Positions 33,736-41,652 of a stretch of DNA of 41,652 nucleotides are shown here, piece by piece. The position numbers and the translations under genes were made by a program. Positions within the stretch are counted from its first letter, which is position 1. Each line of letters begins with the position of its first letter. The DNA comes from Clostridia bacterium (GTDB lineage: Bacteria > Bacillota > Clostridia > Oscillospirales > CAG-272): NCBI GenBank assembly GCA_017560565.1, contig JAFZET010000279.1, positions 1-41,652 on the forward strand, written 5' to 3'. Below the pieces are notes generated by a model. It ran no database searches. It was given only the letters and a program-made list of their open reading frames with translations, and was not told where the DNA came from.

Positions 33736-35301
33736 TCATTCCCACCACTTATCGGGAGATTTGCTGTAGTCCACCGTTTCCGGCAGCTTCCGCCATTCGT
33801 TCCACAGGACTTCGGCAGCTTCCACATCCTCCCGCAGACGTCTGCCTTCCTCCGCATCGGGATGAAGCATCAGCCGGATATACCGCCACTGGAACCGGGA
33901 TCGCTGTACATACGCCAGCCTGTCCCCGGCCATCTCTTCCGCTTTGTTCCACCACATCTCGATGGTTTCTTCCATGGCTTCGTACTTGTCCCTGGGAATT
34001 ATAGAGAAGGGGTTGTCCCAGATCTTCATGTGTGTACCGGCTGCTTCCCCGCAGGTGAAATCAATGTACGCCCGGATATACCGCCAGCCTTCGCCGTAGT
34101 ACGCCGCCAGGAATTCATCCATCAGGCTGTAGTATTCGGTGGTACTCATATAGGGATCCATCATCAGCTTACCCAGCAGCCAGCACCGCAGTTCCCCGAA
34201 CTCCCCGGACTGGGGCGAATTGTGGTTGCCTTCCGGATACATCCCCTTTACGCCGTGTTCTGCAAAGAACCGCATATTTTCCCGCAGTACGCCGAAATTG
34301 GGAAAGGTGGGAATATAGTAGGAGAAGTCCGTTACATAGTCCCAGATATAGATCCGGTCACAGATCTTGTTCCAGTCCAGAATATCATTGAAGAACTTGT
34401 CGTTTTCCGGACAGGTACGGTCGTTCAGCGGATGGCTGAAGCAGCATTCAATGGAACAGAGCCGGATGCATACATTGAGCAGGGGCTTTGTAATGGAGGG
34501 CACATTCCTGGTATACTGGTATGCCAGCGTATCGATCACCACATGAGGATACTCCTCGGCTATATCCGCCGCCACCGCATTGACGAACCGGAGCAGTGTC
34601 CCGGCGTGGCTTCCCTCTTCCGCATCCACAGCGGCACATTTTTCACATTTACAGTAATTGAAGTTATCGTTCTGGGAAACGGAAATAATGGTTACTTCCG
34701 GATCGTTTTCCAGAATCCGGCGGACACTGGCTTTTGCCTTTTCCAGCACAGCCGGATCAGACAGACAGGGCTGTTTGTCCTGGGGTACCCCCACCAGACT
34801 TTCCATGGTATGTACAAATCCGCCGTACTTGATGTGACCGCCCATTTCCTTTGGGATCGCCCGCTGATTGATACCGTTTTTCACGCACCAGTCCACATTG
34901 CTGTTGCCGCACCGCCAGTCGGACTGCCGCATCTCAAACACAGGCGCAAAGGAAAATCCTTCGTTCACCACGATGTCGCCTTCTCCCATCTTTTCCAGAC
35001 CGGGCATGAAGAACCGCATCCCGGCGTATTTCTCCAGGAAAGCATACACACCGTAGATCACGCCTCTGCCGTTGCCGCCGCAGATGGAAATTCCGCACTG
35101 TTCACATACGCAGATCCGGTATCCGTCCCGCGTGAGTTCCGGATCGATCTGTACCTTGACGGCAAACCCGCCTTTACAGGAGATCCCGGCTTTTTCCAGA
35201 TACTTTTCCAGTTCCGCACCGGCATACCGTTCCGCACCGCTTTCTCCCGCCAGGATCTGCACGCCTTCGATTACGCTGTCCTTTACGATCAGTTTTCTCA
35301 T
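33736..35301 (-). CDS. DUF4838-like protein (GH20b/GH67N-like N-domain plus TIM-barrel-like glycosidase fold), cytoplasmic
   Basis: RGVIYGVYAFLEKYAGMRFF, VSQNDNFNYCKCEKC and IYIWDYVTDFSYYIPTFPNF match my recollection of DUF4838 proteins. There is no signal peptide. RBS AAGGAGG lies upstream. Confidence 0.65.
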   Translation of the reverse strand: MRKLIVKDSVIEGVQILAGESGAERYAGAELEKYLEKAGISCKGGFAVKVQIDPELTRDGYRICVCEQCGISICGGNGRGVIYGVYAFLEKYAGMRFFMPGLEKMGEGDIVVNEGFSFAPVFEMRQSDWRCGNSNVDWCVKNGINQRAIPKEMGGHIKYGGFVHTMESLVGVPQDKQPCLSDPAVLEKAKASVRRILENDPEVTIISVSQNDNFNYCKCEKCAAVDAEEGSHAGTLLRFVNAVAADIAEEYPHVVIDTLAYQYTRNVPSITKPLLNVCIRLCSIECCFSHPLNDRTCPENDKFFNDILDWNKICDRIYIWDYVTDFSYYIPTFPNFGVLRENMRFFAEHGVKGMYPEGNHNSPQSGEFGELRCWLLGKLMMDPYMSTTEYYSLMDEFLAAYYGEGWRYIRAYIDFTCGEAAGTHMKIWDNPFSIIPRDKYEAMEETIEMWWNKAEEMAGDRLAYVQRSRFQWRYIRLMLHPDAEEGRRLREDVEAAEVLWNEWRKLPETVDYSKSPDKWWE

Positions 35302-35353
35302 GGTGTCCTCCTTTTATTTTATTGTTGTTTATCGGATTCCGTTTTATCAGTCT

Positions 35354-37288
35354 TTACCAGTCTTTCTCCGCCGCCAGTACGGACAGACGAAAAGCACAGG
35401 GCCATGCCACCAGCCAGTCGTTCAGCGCCCCCCGTCTGCCGCCATGGAAATTCCACCGGCAGTGGAACAGTGCTTCGTTCTGGCTACCCACAGGTCTGAC
35501 CACATCGTGGATCACAAGCTTGCCGTCACCGATATACTGCAGAACCGCACGCCACATCATATCCGCCCGGATGCCCCATCTTTTGTCCCCGGTAATTTCC
35601 GCCAGTTCCCGGAGATAGGGCACCACGATCCCGGCGTACATATCCAGATGATGATGCTGTGCGGATACGGAGGTCAGCCCCTTCACGCATACGCCGTATG
35701 TATTGATCTCGTCCTCCGGGGCATATACCGGCTGGAAATGGAACATCCAGGAGGTGAAATAATACGCCGCTTTTTCCGCATATTCCCGGTAAATGTCCTT
35801 TCCGGTCAGGCGGTACAAAAGCACACCGCTCATGATAAAGGGTGCGGAGGTCTCCTTGTCCACACAGCAGGTATCCAGTGCCCCTGCCGTACAGCAGAAC
35901 TTGTCCAGATCCCTTTCCATATAGAACGCCATGGCTTTTTCCGCCATTGCCAGGTACTTTTCCTCACCGCTTATTTCATACAGTTTTGCCAGTGCCGGAA
36001 TCACAAAGCCGCCGATGGTACCGCCTTCGTCAATGCAGGTGCCATCCAGCCGCCACTGCTTTCCGAAACCGTATTCCGGCGAAAAATGTTCGCAGAAGAA
36101 ATCGCAAAGTCCCTGCCCTGCCGCCAGATATGCCGGTTTATCGATCCCGATCTCCCGCAGTCTGTCCCATACCCGCAGATATTCATACGCACCGTATCCC
36201 ATATTGCAGGTGTCCGCTGTAGCTGCTTCCAGATTGCCGTAGTCCCGCAGCTGTGCCGCAAGGAGTCCGCTTTCCGCCGTACAGTACGCCGCACGGGTAT
36301 CCAGAATTTCCAGTGCTTCTTTCAGGCTGTCCTCATGCCCGAACCGGATATAGTCCTCCACCAGCATCCGGGAGAACAGAATATTCTGCCCGCACCATGC
36401 CAGCTCAAAGCACCGATCGCCCCGGTACTGGAATCCGCCCTTTCCGTCCGGCAGGAAGCCGATGATAAATCCTTTCTTTCCCTCGTAATCGGAGATCAGG
36501 CTTTTCGCAAACGTGATGGAATGCGCCCAGACCGCTCTGTTCTCCGGAACAACCAGATCCCTGTTGTCCCCGAAAATTTCCAGTGCCGCATCCAGAACCC
36601 CGCAGATTCCATAGTTCTCCCAGCGGGGCTTTGATACCGAAAGATACATTCCGGCTTCAAACGCTTCCCCCGGTGCCAGTGTGATAAATGTTTCATACGC
36701 CGGTCCGTAATCATCCCGGTATGCATAGGTCACAGGGGATTCGATCACCGGATGACAGATTTCCTGATACCATCCTTCCCCATCTTTCCATATACTGCAG
36801 GAAGACTGAAGAGAAACATCCGATTCCCCGGATGCAAACAGACCGCAGGCAAAATCCCTGTTTTCCGTCATGGTACAGGAAGGAACAGCTTCTCTGTCGT
36901 ACCCGAAAATCCACTTTTTACCATCCCGTTCCAGCCCTTTCGGTTCACCGCCGTTTCCGAATACATTGCCGTTCACATTCACGCAGGGAATCAGATACCG
37001 CTGCGGAACAAAGCAGGTTTTCACCCGGAAGATGGTCTGGATCTGCTGACAGGTATCGGCAAGATTCTGCCATCTGCGATATATATAAAAAAGCGTATCG
37101 GATACCTGACGGATATCCAGCTTCACCAGATTCTGTCCGTCTCCGTATACCAGCCCTCCGTCCAGTGCATCCAAAGCATTTTCCGTAGGATTCTCTTTTG
37201 TCAGATACAGCGGTGCACAAAGCTCCACCACTGCATGATCGGCTTTTTCAGAAAGTAAGAACTTTCCGCACTCATATACGATATACAT
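35354..37288 (-). CDS. Uncharacterised cytoplasmic protein, N-terminal beta-rich region plus C-terminal alpha/alpha-toroid-like region
   Basis: Long ORF whose codon usage matches its neighbours. The likely start is MYIVYECGK at 37288 (GGGGGAAG upstream), so the track start at 37351 runs into the promoter. The Cys-rich segment DKFCCTAGALDTCCVDKE is notable. I recognised no family. Confidence 0.5.
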   Translation of the reverse strand: MYIVYECGKFLLSEKADHAVVELCAPLYLTKENPTENALDALDGGLVYGDGQNLVKLDIRQVSDTLFYIYRRWQNLADTCQQIQTIFRVKTCFVPQRYLIPCVNVNGNVFGNGGEPKGLERDGKKWIFGYDREAVPSCTMTENRDFACGLFASGESDVSLQSSCSIWKDGEGWYQEICHPVIESPVTYAYRDDYGPAYETFITLAPGEAFEAGMYLSVSKPRWENYGICGVLDAALEIFGDNRDLVVPENRAVWAHSITFAKSLISDYEGKKGFIIGFLPDGKGGFQYRGDRCFELAWCGQNILFSRMLVEDYIRFGHEDSLKEALEILDTRAAYCTAESGLLAAQLRDYGNLEAATADTCNMGYGAYEYLRVWDRLREIGIDKPAYLAAGQGLCDFFCEHFSPEYGFGKQWRLDGTCIDEGGTIGGFVIPALAKLYEISGEEKYLAMAEKAMAFYMERDLDKFCCTAGALDTCCVDKETSAPFIMSGVLLYRLTGKDIYREYAEKAAYYFTSWMFHFQPVYAPEDEINTYGVCVKGLTSVSAQHHHLDMYAGIVVPYLRELAEITGDKRWGIRADMMWRAVLQYIGDGKLVIHDVVRPVGSQNEALFHCRWNFHGGRRGALNDWLVAWPCAFRLSVLAAEKDW

Positions 37289-37322
37289 ATACTTCCCCCG
37301 TTTTGTATTGGAAACTATACAA

Positions 37323-37351
37323 AGTATACAGTATATTCCCTGAAAAATCAA
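37323..37351 (-). promoter_or_regulatory. Sigma-A-type promoter for 35354..37288 and the DUF4838 gene
   Basis: Minus strand reads TTGATT (37351-37346), a 17-nt spacer, then TATACT (37328-37323). Confidence 0.55.
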
Positions 37352-37381
37352 TAGGAAATCTTATATTTGTTTTCTAAAGAT

Positions 37382-37415
37382 ACAACCGGACTGTCATTTC
37401 TGGCAATCCGGTTGT
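37382..37415. other. 9-bp perfect stem-loop at the edge of the non-coding island
   Basis: ACAACCGGA (37382-37390) pairs with TCCGGTTGT (37407-37415) around a 16-nt loop. The trailing sequence is only weakly U-rich on either strand, so terminator function is uncertain. Confidence 0.4.
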
Positions 37416-37597
37416 GTTGTGTTTATAGCCTTATTTCGTGCGGTTCTTCCTTTGCCGCGCCCTCAGGAAAATGTTTTCACGGGAACAGCCTCAAAACCGC
37501 ACATCCGGGAAGTAGTCCAGTTTGTCAACGATGGTGCGCATAGCATGGAGCAAAGGCTGTCTCTTGGCAGCAAGGGCACGGCGGTACCCACTCGCGC

Positions 37598-37636
37598 ATT
37601 TTGCAAAATTTCAGCAGTGCTGACTTTTTGCAAAAT
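37598..37636. promoter_or_regulatory. Composite symmetric palindrome (candidate operator)
   Basis: ATTTTGCAAAAT (37598-37609), TCAGCAGTGCTGA (37611-37623) and TTTTGCAAAA (37626-37635). The three dyad centres are spaced exactly 13.5 bp apart. Confidence 0.3.
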
Positions 37637-37874
37637 CTTGTTGGAGAACATCCCACCCCCTTTAACGATTTTTCGAAATCGGCTACGCTCCTGCGGAGCT
37701 TGGTCGTAAGAATTCAAAAATTTTGCTCAGTGAAATTTTGAATATAGTTCTCCCCTTTCGTATGCCCACAGTGCCATATCAAATTTTCTCGGAGTCCAAT
37801 TCAACTCTGGAATCCCATGAGCTTTTTGTGTTTTGACAGTGACTTACCGGAAACGCCCCCCCAGAATCGGCAGC

Positions 37875-40595
37875 TTATCGCAAAAGGATCCATCCATACT
37901 CCTCCGGCAGAATTTCGCCTTTGCCCAGCGTAGGGAATCCGTCAGCCGCATGGCACCACTGCACACCGCCGGCTGCCAGCTTCAGCTTCATGGGACGGGG
38001 TCTGTCCAGTCCGATTTCCGATAGGGTCAGGGTCAGAATATGGTGGGAAGGGGACAGGGTTTCGATATTTCTGTATTTTGCCAGCTCCGCCTCCGCCCTT
38101 GCGCCAAACAGGGAGTAGTACAGCTTGGAATTGTTCCCCAGCTTTACCGAACCGTCCGGGGCGATATGAACGGTGGCGTCCGGCTTCATCAGGCAGAATT
38201 CCGGGCACAGGGTAAAGGAAACCGGTGCGTCACTCTGCAGTTCCATGGTCAGGGTTTTCTCCGTATATACCATGCGGAAGCGGCTGTTTTTCCCGTCCGG
38301 AATGGTTTCCCACGGGGCATCGGACAGCCCCCCCTCCGGCATGGTGTACTGTTTCAGCTCCGGCCAGTCTTCCGCACCGTCATAGTAGGGCAGAGGGGAC
38401 TCTCCGGCTTCCATTCTCTGCCGTACAGCGGGAAATTCCGTCTGCAGCAGAGTTTCCAACTGGCGGATCCGGTCGATTAGCTTTTCAGGGAAGAACTTAT
38501 ACCCTTCGCCCTCCGAATGGTAGCCCAGTCTGCCGTCCGCTTCACACAGAAGAATCATATCCCGACTCTGGCGGATCTGCTCCCGCACGATGGCTTCCAT
38601 CCGGTCAAGCAGTTCTTCTCCATTCCCCATCCGGCGCCCCAGCAGATCCCGCAGATAATAGAATTCCAGGATCCCGTGACCGCCGGAAAGCAGCAGATCC
38701 AGTGCCTTCGCCACAGAAATCTGCTCTTCCGTATCGGGACAGTCTGCCGTCAGCGTTTCCAGTACCGCCATGCCTTCCTTCCATTTTCCGCACATCTGCC
38801 CGGTCAGCGTCAGGGCTTCTTCCAGTGTATGCCCGTTCAGGAGAGATTCGCACACCCGGTCGCCGTCGATGGGATCCAGGGTCTGCCAGCTCCGGGGGAG
38901 GGAGAAATTTCTCGGCTCCAGTGCCAGCTTCCAGACCACTGCGTCGTGCATGGGACCGTAGTAACTGAACATCACATTCATGGGGTACTGGGTATAGCTG
39001 TCCGCAAAGGCTTGCCACATCTTCGCCACAGTTTTCGCCCGGGAACGCCCCCAGAATATCCCCGCAAGCTCGGTGAGAAAGACTTCTTCTGCGGCTGCAT
39101 CCCCTGGCACAAGGTCTTCCCGGAAGGACAGTTCCCCGGCGGCCTTGCTCATGAGGGAAGGGTAGTTACCGAAATACCAGCACTGCATGACCCCTTCCAC
39201 CCCCAACCGCTTCGCTTCGGCGTATTTCCGGTACAGGATCCCCGGAACCGGAATATAGGGTACACTGGCAATCTCGTGGGAACAGCAGACCTGCATCTTG
39301 GCAAATATATGCTTCCCTGCTTCTTCAGCCGCTTCCGCCGTAATCCGGAACAGTTCGGAAGGTCCCGCATAGGACAGCCAGTAATCCACACACTGCCGCA
39401 TTTCCCCCAGCTGATCGGCATACCCCATATCGTCAAAATTCTGCATGAGCATCACATCGTCCGGTGCGGTTCTCACATAGTCCCGGATCTCGTCAAACTG
39501 CCATGTCCGGTGCCCGTAGGTCCAGCTGATGACCTGACAGTCCGGTTTCACTTCCCTGACTCCCGACCGCAGTGCCTCCACCGCTTCCGACAGCATGGCT
39601 CCCGCCCCCCGGTGCAGGCAGTCCGTGTTCCCGTGGGGACAGGTGATGTTCGGATAGAGCGATGTACAGGAGGTGGGACGTTCCCCATAGGTAATGCTGA
39701 TGAGTCCCGCAAGCTCCGGTACCAGTGTCAGCAGATTCCGTCCCATTTCCCGGCAGAAGGCTTTTCCCTCGGGAGAGTGCACACAAAACACATTCCTGCC
39801 TGACCACCCCCGGTTTCCCGCCAGTGCCGGACACAGCGCCGCATCTTCGGGATCCAGGCAATACGGCTCGATGGCAAACAGATACACCCCGATCCCATAC
39901 CGGGCACATTTGGAAATCACCCGGTTCAGCTTGGCGATTCTGGCTTCGTATCCCTTCCCGTAGGAGGACAGGAAGGAAGAAGGCATCAAATCAGAGAATC
40001 GGCTGTAGATCCAGACACCGTTGGTTCCGTCATGCATGAGCCGGTTCAGGTATTCGTCGGGATAATAGTCGATATCATCGGACAGTTCATCCCCGAATTT
40101 GGGCGGTCGGTTAATGGGGCTGAAGAAGCATCGGGTGATCCGGGCACGGATGTGGGGTTTACGATACACTTCCCCGGGGGTTAGGTATGCATTTTCCCGG
40201 CGGCGCAGGGTATCCTCCAACCACACAAGTCCCCGGCGGATGCCTTCCGTATCAGCGGCTGTGATGGTGGTTTCCGTATCTGTTACCGTGACACGGTATG
40301 CTTCAAAGCAATCGGTTTCCCCCTTGCACAAGCAGACGGGGTATGCATTCCCGGCGATGCCGTAAATGTCAGTAAACCGGGTAAAATCAGCATATATGGT
40401 CTCCAGCAGACCTTCCGGGTCGTCCGGGTAGGCTTCGGCAATGTATATCCCGTGTGCATCGGTCTCGCCGGGTTCCATGGGACACTTGCCGTAGTGAACA
40501 GGCTTTGTCCGGTGCAAGGGGGAGGTCAGGTCGTCAAGGAAAGAAAGCGGCGGCTGCCGGTCGAAAAAGGGATCCTGACGGACGGTTCGTTTCAT
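37875..40595 (-). CDS. Large (906 aa) uncharacterised cytoplasmic glycosidase-like protein
   Basis: The ORF is long with codon usage like its neighbours. The N-terminal segment TETTITAADTEGIRRGLVWLEDTL resembles the GH20b/GH67N-type domain seen in DUF4838 proteins, followed by a TIM-barrel-like region (GVWIYSRF, GIGVYLFAIEP). There is no signal peptide. GAGGAA favours the ATG at 40595. Confidence 0.5.
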   Translation of the reverse strand: MKRTVRQDPFFDRQPPLSFLDDLTSPLHRTKPVHYGKCPMEPGETDAHGIYIAEAYPDDPEGLLETIYADFTRFTDIYGIAGNAYPVCLCKGETDCFEAYRVTVTDTETTITAADTEGIRRGLVWLEDTLRRRENAYLTPGEVYRKPHIRARITRCFFSPINRPPKFGDELSDDIDYYPDEYLNRLMHDGTNGVWIYSRFSDLMPSSFLSSYGKGYEARIAKLNRVISKCARYGIGVYLFAIEPYCLDPEDAALCPALAGNRGWSGRNVFCVHSPEGKAFCREMGRNLLTLVPELAGLISITYGERPTSCTSLYPNITCPHGNTDCLHRGAGAMLSEAVEALRSGVREVKPDCQVISWTYGHRTWQFDEIRDYVRTAPDDVMLMQNFDDMGYADQLGEMRQCVDYWLSYAGPSELFRITAEAAEEAGKHIFAKMQVCCSHEIASVPYIPVPGILYRKYAEAKRLGVEGVMQCWYFGNYPSLMSKAAGELSFREDLVPGDAAAEEVFLTELAGIFWGRSRAKTVAKMWQAFADSYTQYPMNVMFSYYGPMHDAVVWKLALEPRNFSLPRSWQTLDPIDGDRVCESLLNGHTLEEALTLTGQMCGKWKEGMAVLETLTADCPDTEEQISVAKALDLLLSGGHGILEFYYLRDLLGRRMGNGEELLDRMEAIVREQIRQSRDMILLCEADGRLGYHSEGEGYKFFPEKLIDRIRQLETLLQTEFPAVRQRMEAGESPLPYYDGAEDWPELKQYTMPEGGLSDAPWETIPDGKNSRFRMVYTEKTLTMELQSDAPVSFTLCPEFCLMKPDATVHIAPDGSVKLGNNSKLYYSLFGARAEAELAKYRNIETLSPSHHILTLTLSEIGLDRPRPMKLKLAAGGVQWCHAADGFPTLGKGEILPEEYGWILLR

Positions 40596-40642
40596 GATCA
40601 TTCCTCACATTTGGTGGATTTGATATGGTTCGGCAGGAGGAT

Positions 40643-41524
40643 TCACTGTCCGGCTTCATCCCGGCGGTATTCCGAAGGAGACTTATGCATCTGTTTCTGG
40701 AACTGCCGGTTGAAGGAACTGAGGGACGGATACCCGCAGCGTTCCGCAATGGACAGAATGGAGTCATCCGTACCGGAAAGGGCGAGGCAGGCATGGCTGA
40801 TGCGGACCCTGTGCAGAAACGCAATGGGTGAAATGCCCACAGAGGCAGTGAAAATCCGGCGCAGATGCACAGGACTTATATGACACAGTGCACACAACTC
40901 CTCCGTGGTGACAGGATCCGTATAGTAAGACAGCATATACTGAATCGCCGGCGAGATCATACTGCCCGCCCCGGATACAGCCGGAAGCGTTCCTTCCTCA
41001 CGGGTATCCCGCTGCCATCCGGCTGTTTCATACAGGATACAGGCATATAGCGCTCCCATCTGTCCCCGCAGTCCATCCATCACGGTGCTGTCTTCCCTGT
41101 ACAGTTCCGTCATCCGGCGCAATGCGGCATGGATCTGCCGGTTTTCGTTTCTTTTCAGGATGTGTCCGTATCCGCCGGATGCCAGTCGGAGCAGTCTTTC
41201 TCTGTCCGGCCAGTCCGCAAACAGCTTTTTTTCATCAATGGTAAGAAACCACCAGTCCGACGGGGTTTCCGATACACTCTGGGCAATATGGTACTCTCCC
41301 GGATAAATGACGGAAATATCTCCTGCCGCAAAGGGATATACATCACCCTGAATATAGAAGATTCCCCGCCCGGACAGGCAGATTCCAAACTCCGTCCACC
41401 GGTGGTAATGAAGATAGGCAGGAGCCTTGCCGGGACTGTTCCTTGCCAGATGCATATAGGAATTCATGGGCACGCCGTCTTCCCGGTCTTTCAGAAACAA
41501 CCATGCCTGTTTTCGTTCCTGCAT
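40643..41524 (-). CDS. AraC-family transcriptional regulator (cupin sensor plus HTH_18)
   Basis: The N-terminal cupin-like region reads YLHYHRWTEFGICLSGRGIFYIQGDVYPFAAGDISVIYPGEYH. The C-terminal region reads ELCALCHISPVHLRRIFTASVGISPIAFLHRVRISHACLAL...IAERCGYPSLSSFNRQFQKQMHKSPSEYR. RBS GGGAGGA lies upstream. Confidence 0.9.
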   Translation of the reverse strand: MQERKQAWLFLKDREDGVPMNSYMHLARNSPGKAPAYLHYHRWTEFGICLSGRGIFYIQGDVYPFAAGDISVIYPGEYHIAQSVSETPSDWWFLTIDEKKLFADWPDRERLLRLASGGYGHILKRNENRQIHAALRRMTELYREDSTVMDGLRGQMGALYACILYETAGWQRDTREEGTLPAVSGAGSMISPAIQYMLSYYTDPVTTEELCALCHISPVHLRRIFTASVGISPIAFLHRVRISHACLALSGTDDSILSIAERCGYPSLSSFNRQFQKQMHKSPSEYRRDEAGQ

Positions 41525-41596
41525 AAAGAATCCTCCCGATTTCAGGATTTCTGACAGTAGTGTACAGGGAAAATGTGAATTCCATTAGGAGATTCC

Positions 41597-41652
41597 ATGA
41601 ATTTTCCAAGAACAGGCAGCGGAACGGAATGGTCGTTTTTGCATAGTTTTCA
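41597..41652 (+). CDS. Possible 5' end of a divergent gene running off the right edge
   Basis: AGGAGA lies 5 nt upstream of the ATG at 41597 (MNFPRTGSGTEWSFLHSF...). Only 18 codons are visible, so this is very tentative. Confidence 0.2.
   Translation, partial: MNFPRTGSGTEWSFLHSF

Noticed and set aside
1-41652. A scan for tRNA/rRNA genes, CRISPR repeats, IS elements or integrases, and defence-system hallmarks (nucleases, helicases, methyltransferases).
   Set aside because: None was seen by eye. The intergenic regions are short and accounted for by promoters and terminators, except the two elements reported as findings. A tRNAscan, Infernal or ISfinder run would be needed to exclude small or degenerate elements formally.

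Overview
This 41.6-kb chromosomal segment looks like it comes from an endospore-forming Clostridia with strong GC3 bias. That placement is an inference from the gpr-spoIIP pair, the codon usage and the many long antisense shadow ORFs. I support 29 CDS, one truncated at the left edge, plus one very short possible CDS at the right edge. I saw no rRNA, tRNA, CRISPR array, transposase, integrase or recognisable defence gene.

Gene order, left to right:
- OppA-like lipoprotein (partial)
- gpr-spoIIP
- HAD phosphatase plus a lipoprotein
- coaW
- mrnC-hom-ACT
- a MoxR / DUF58 / transglutaminase operon
- a GlpA-like FAD dehydrogenase / FAD oxidoreductase / DUF1667 operon
- a cytoplasmic BNR sialidase-like protein and a C-N hydrolase
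- a large carbohydrate-type region, mostly on the minus strand: two paralogous orphan solute-binding lipoproteins flanking a six-hairpin enzyme and ending in a nucleotidyltransferase, an XRE-TPR regulator, two tandem GH36 paralogs, a CNNM/CorC transporter, and DUF4838 plus two large uncharacterised cytoplasmic proteins next to an AraC regulator.

Many sigma-A-type promoters (TTGnnn-N17-TAnnnT) and intrinsic terminators can be read directly.

I found no convincing self-contained novel system. The best second-look items are:
- a 257-bp, hairpin-dense element bounded by inverted repeats that splits the MoxR operon (12335-12591)
- a 586-bp AT-rich non-coding island with nested palindromes (37289-37874)
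- the extreme charged inserts in the DUF58 and transglutaminase proteins
- the permease-less SBP/enzyme/SBP/NTase operon
- the GH36 duplication with a DDGW to DAGW change
- the AraC-linked trio of large cytoplasmic proteins of unknown family.

All family calls come from motif recognition by eye. No searches were run.
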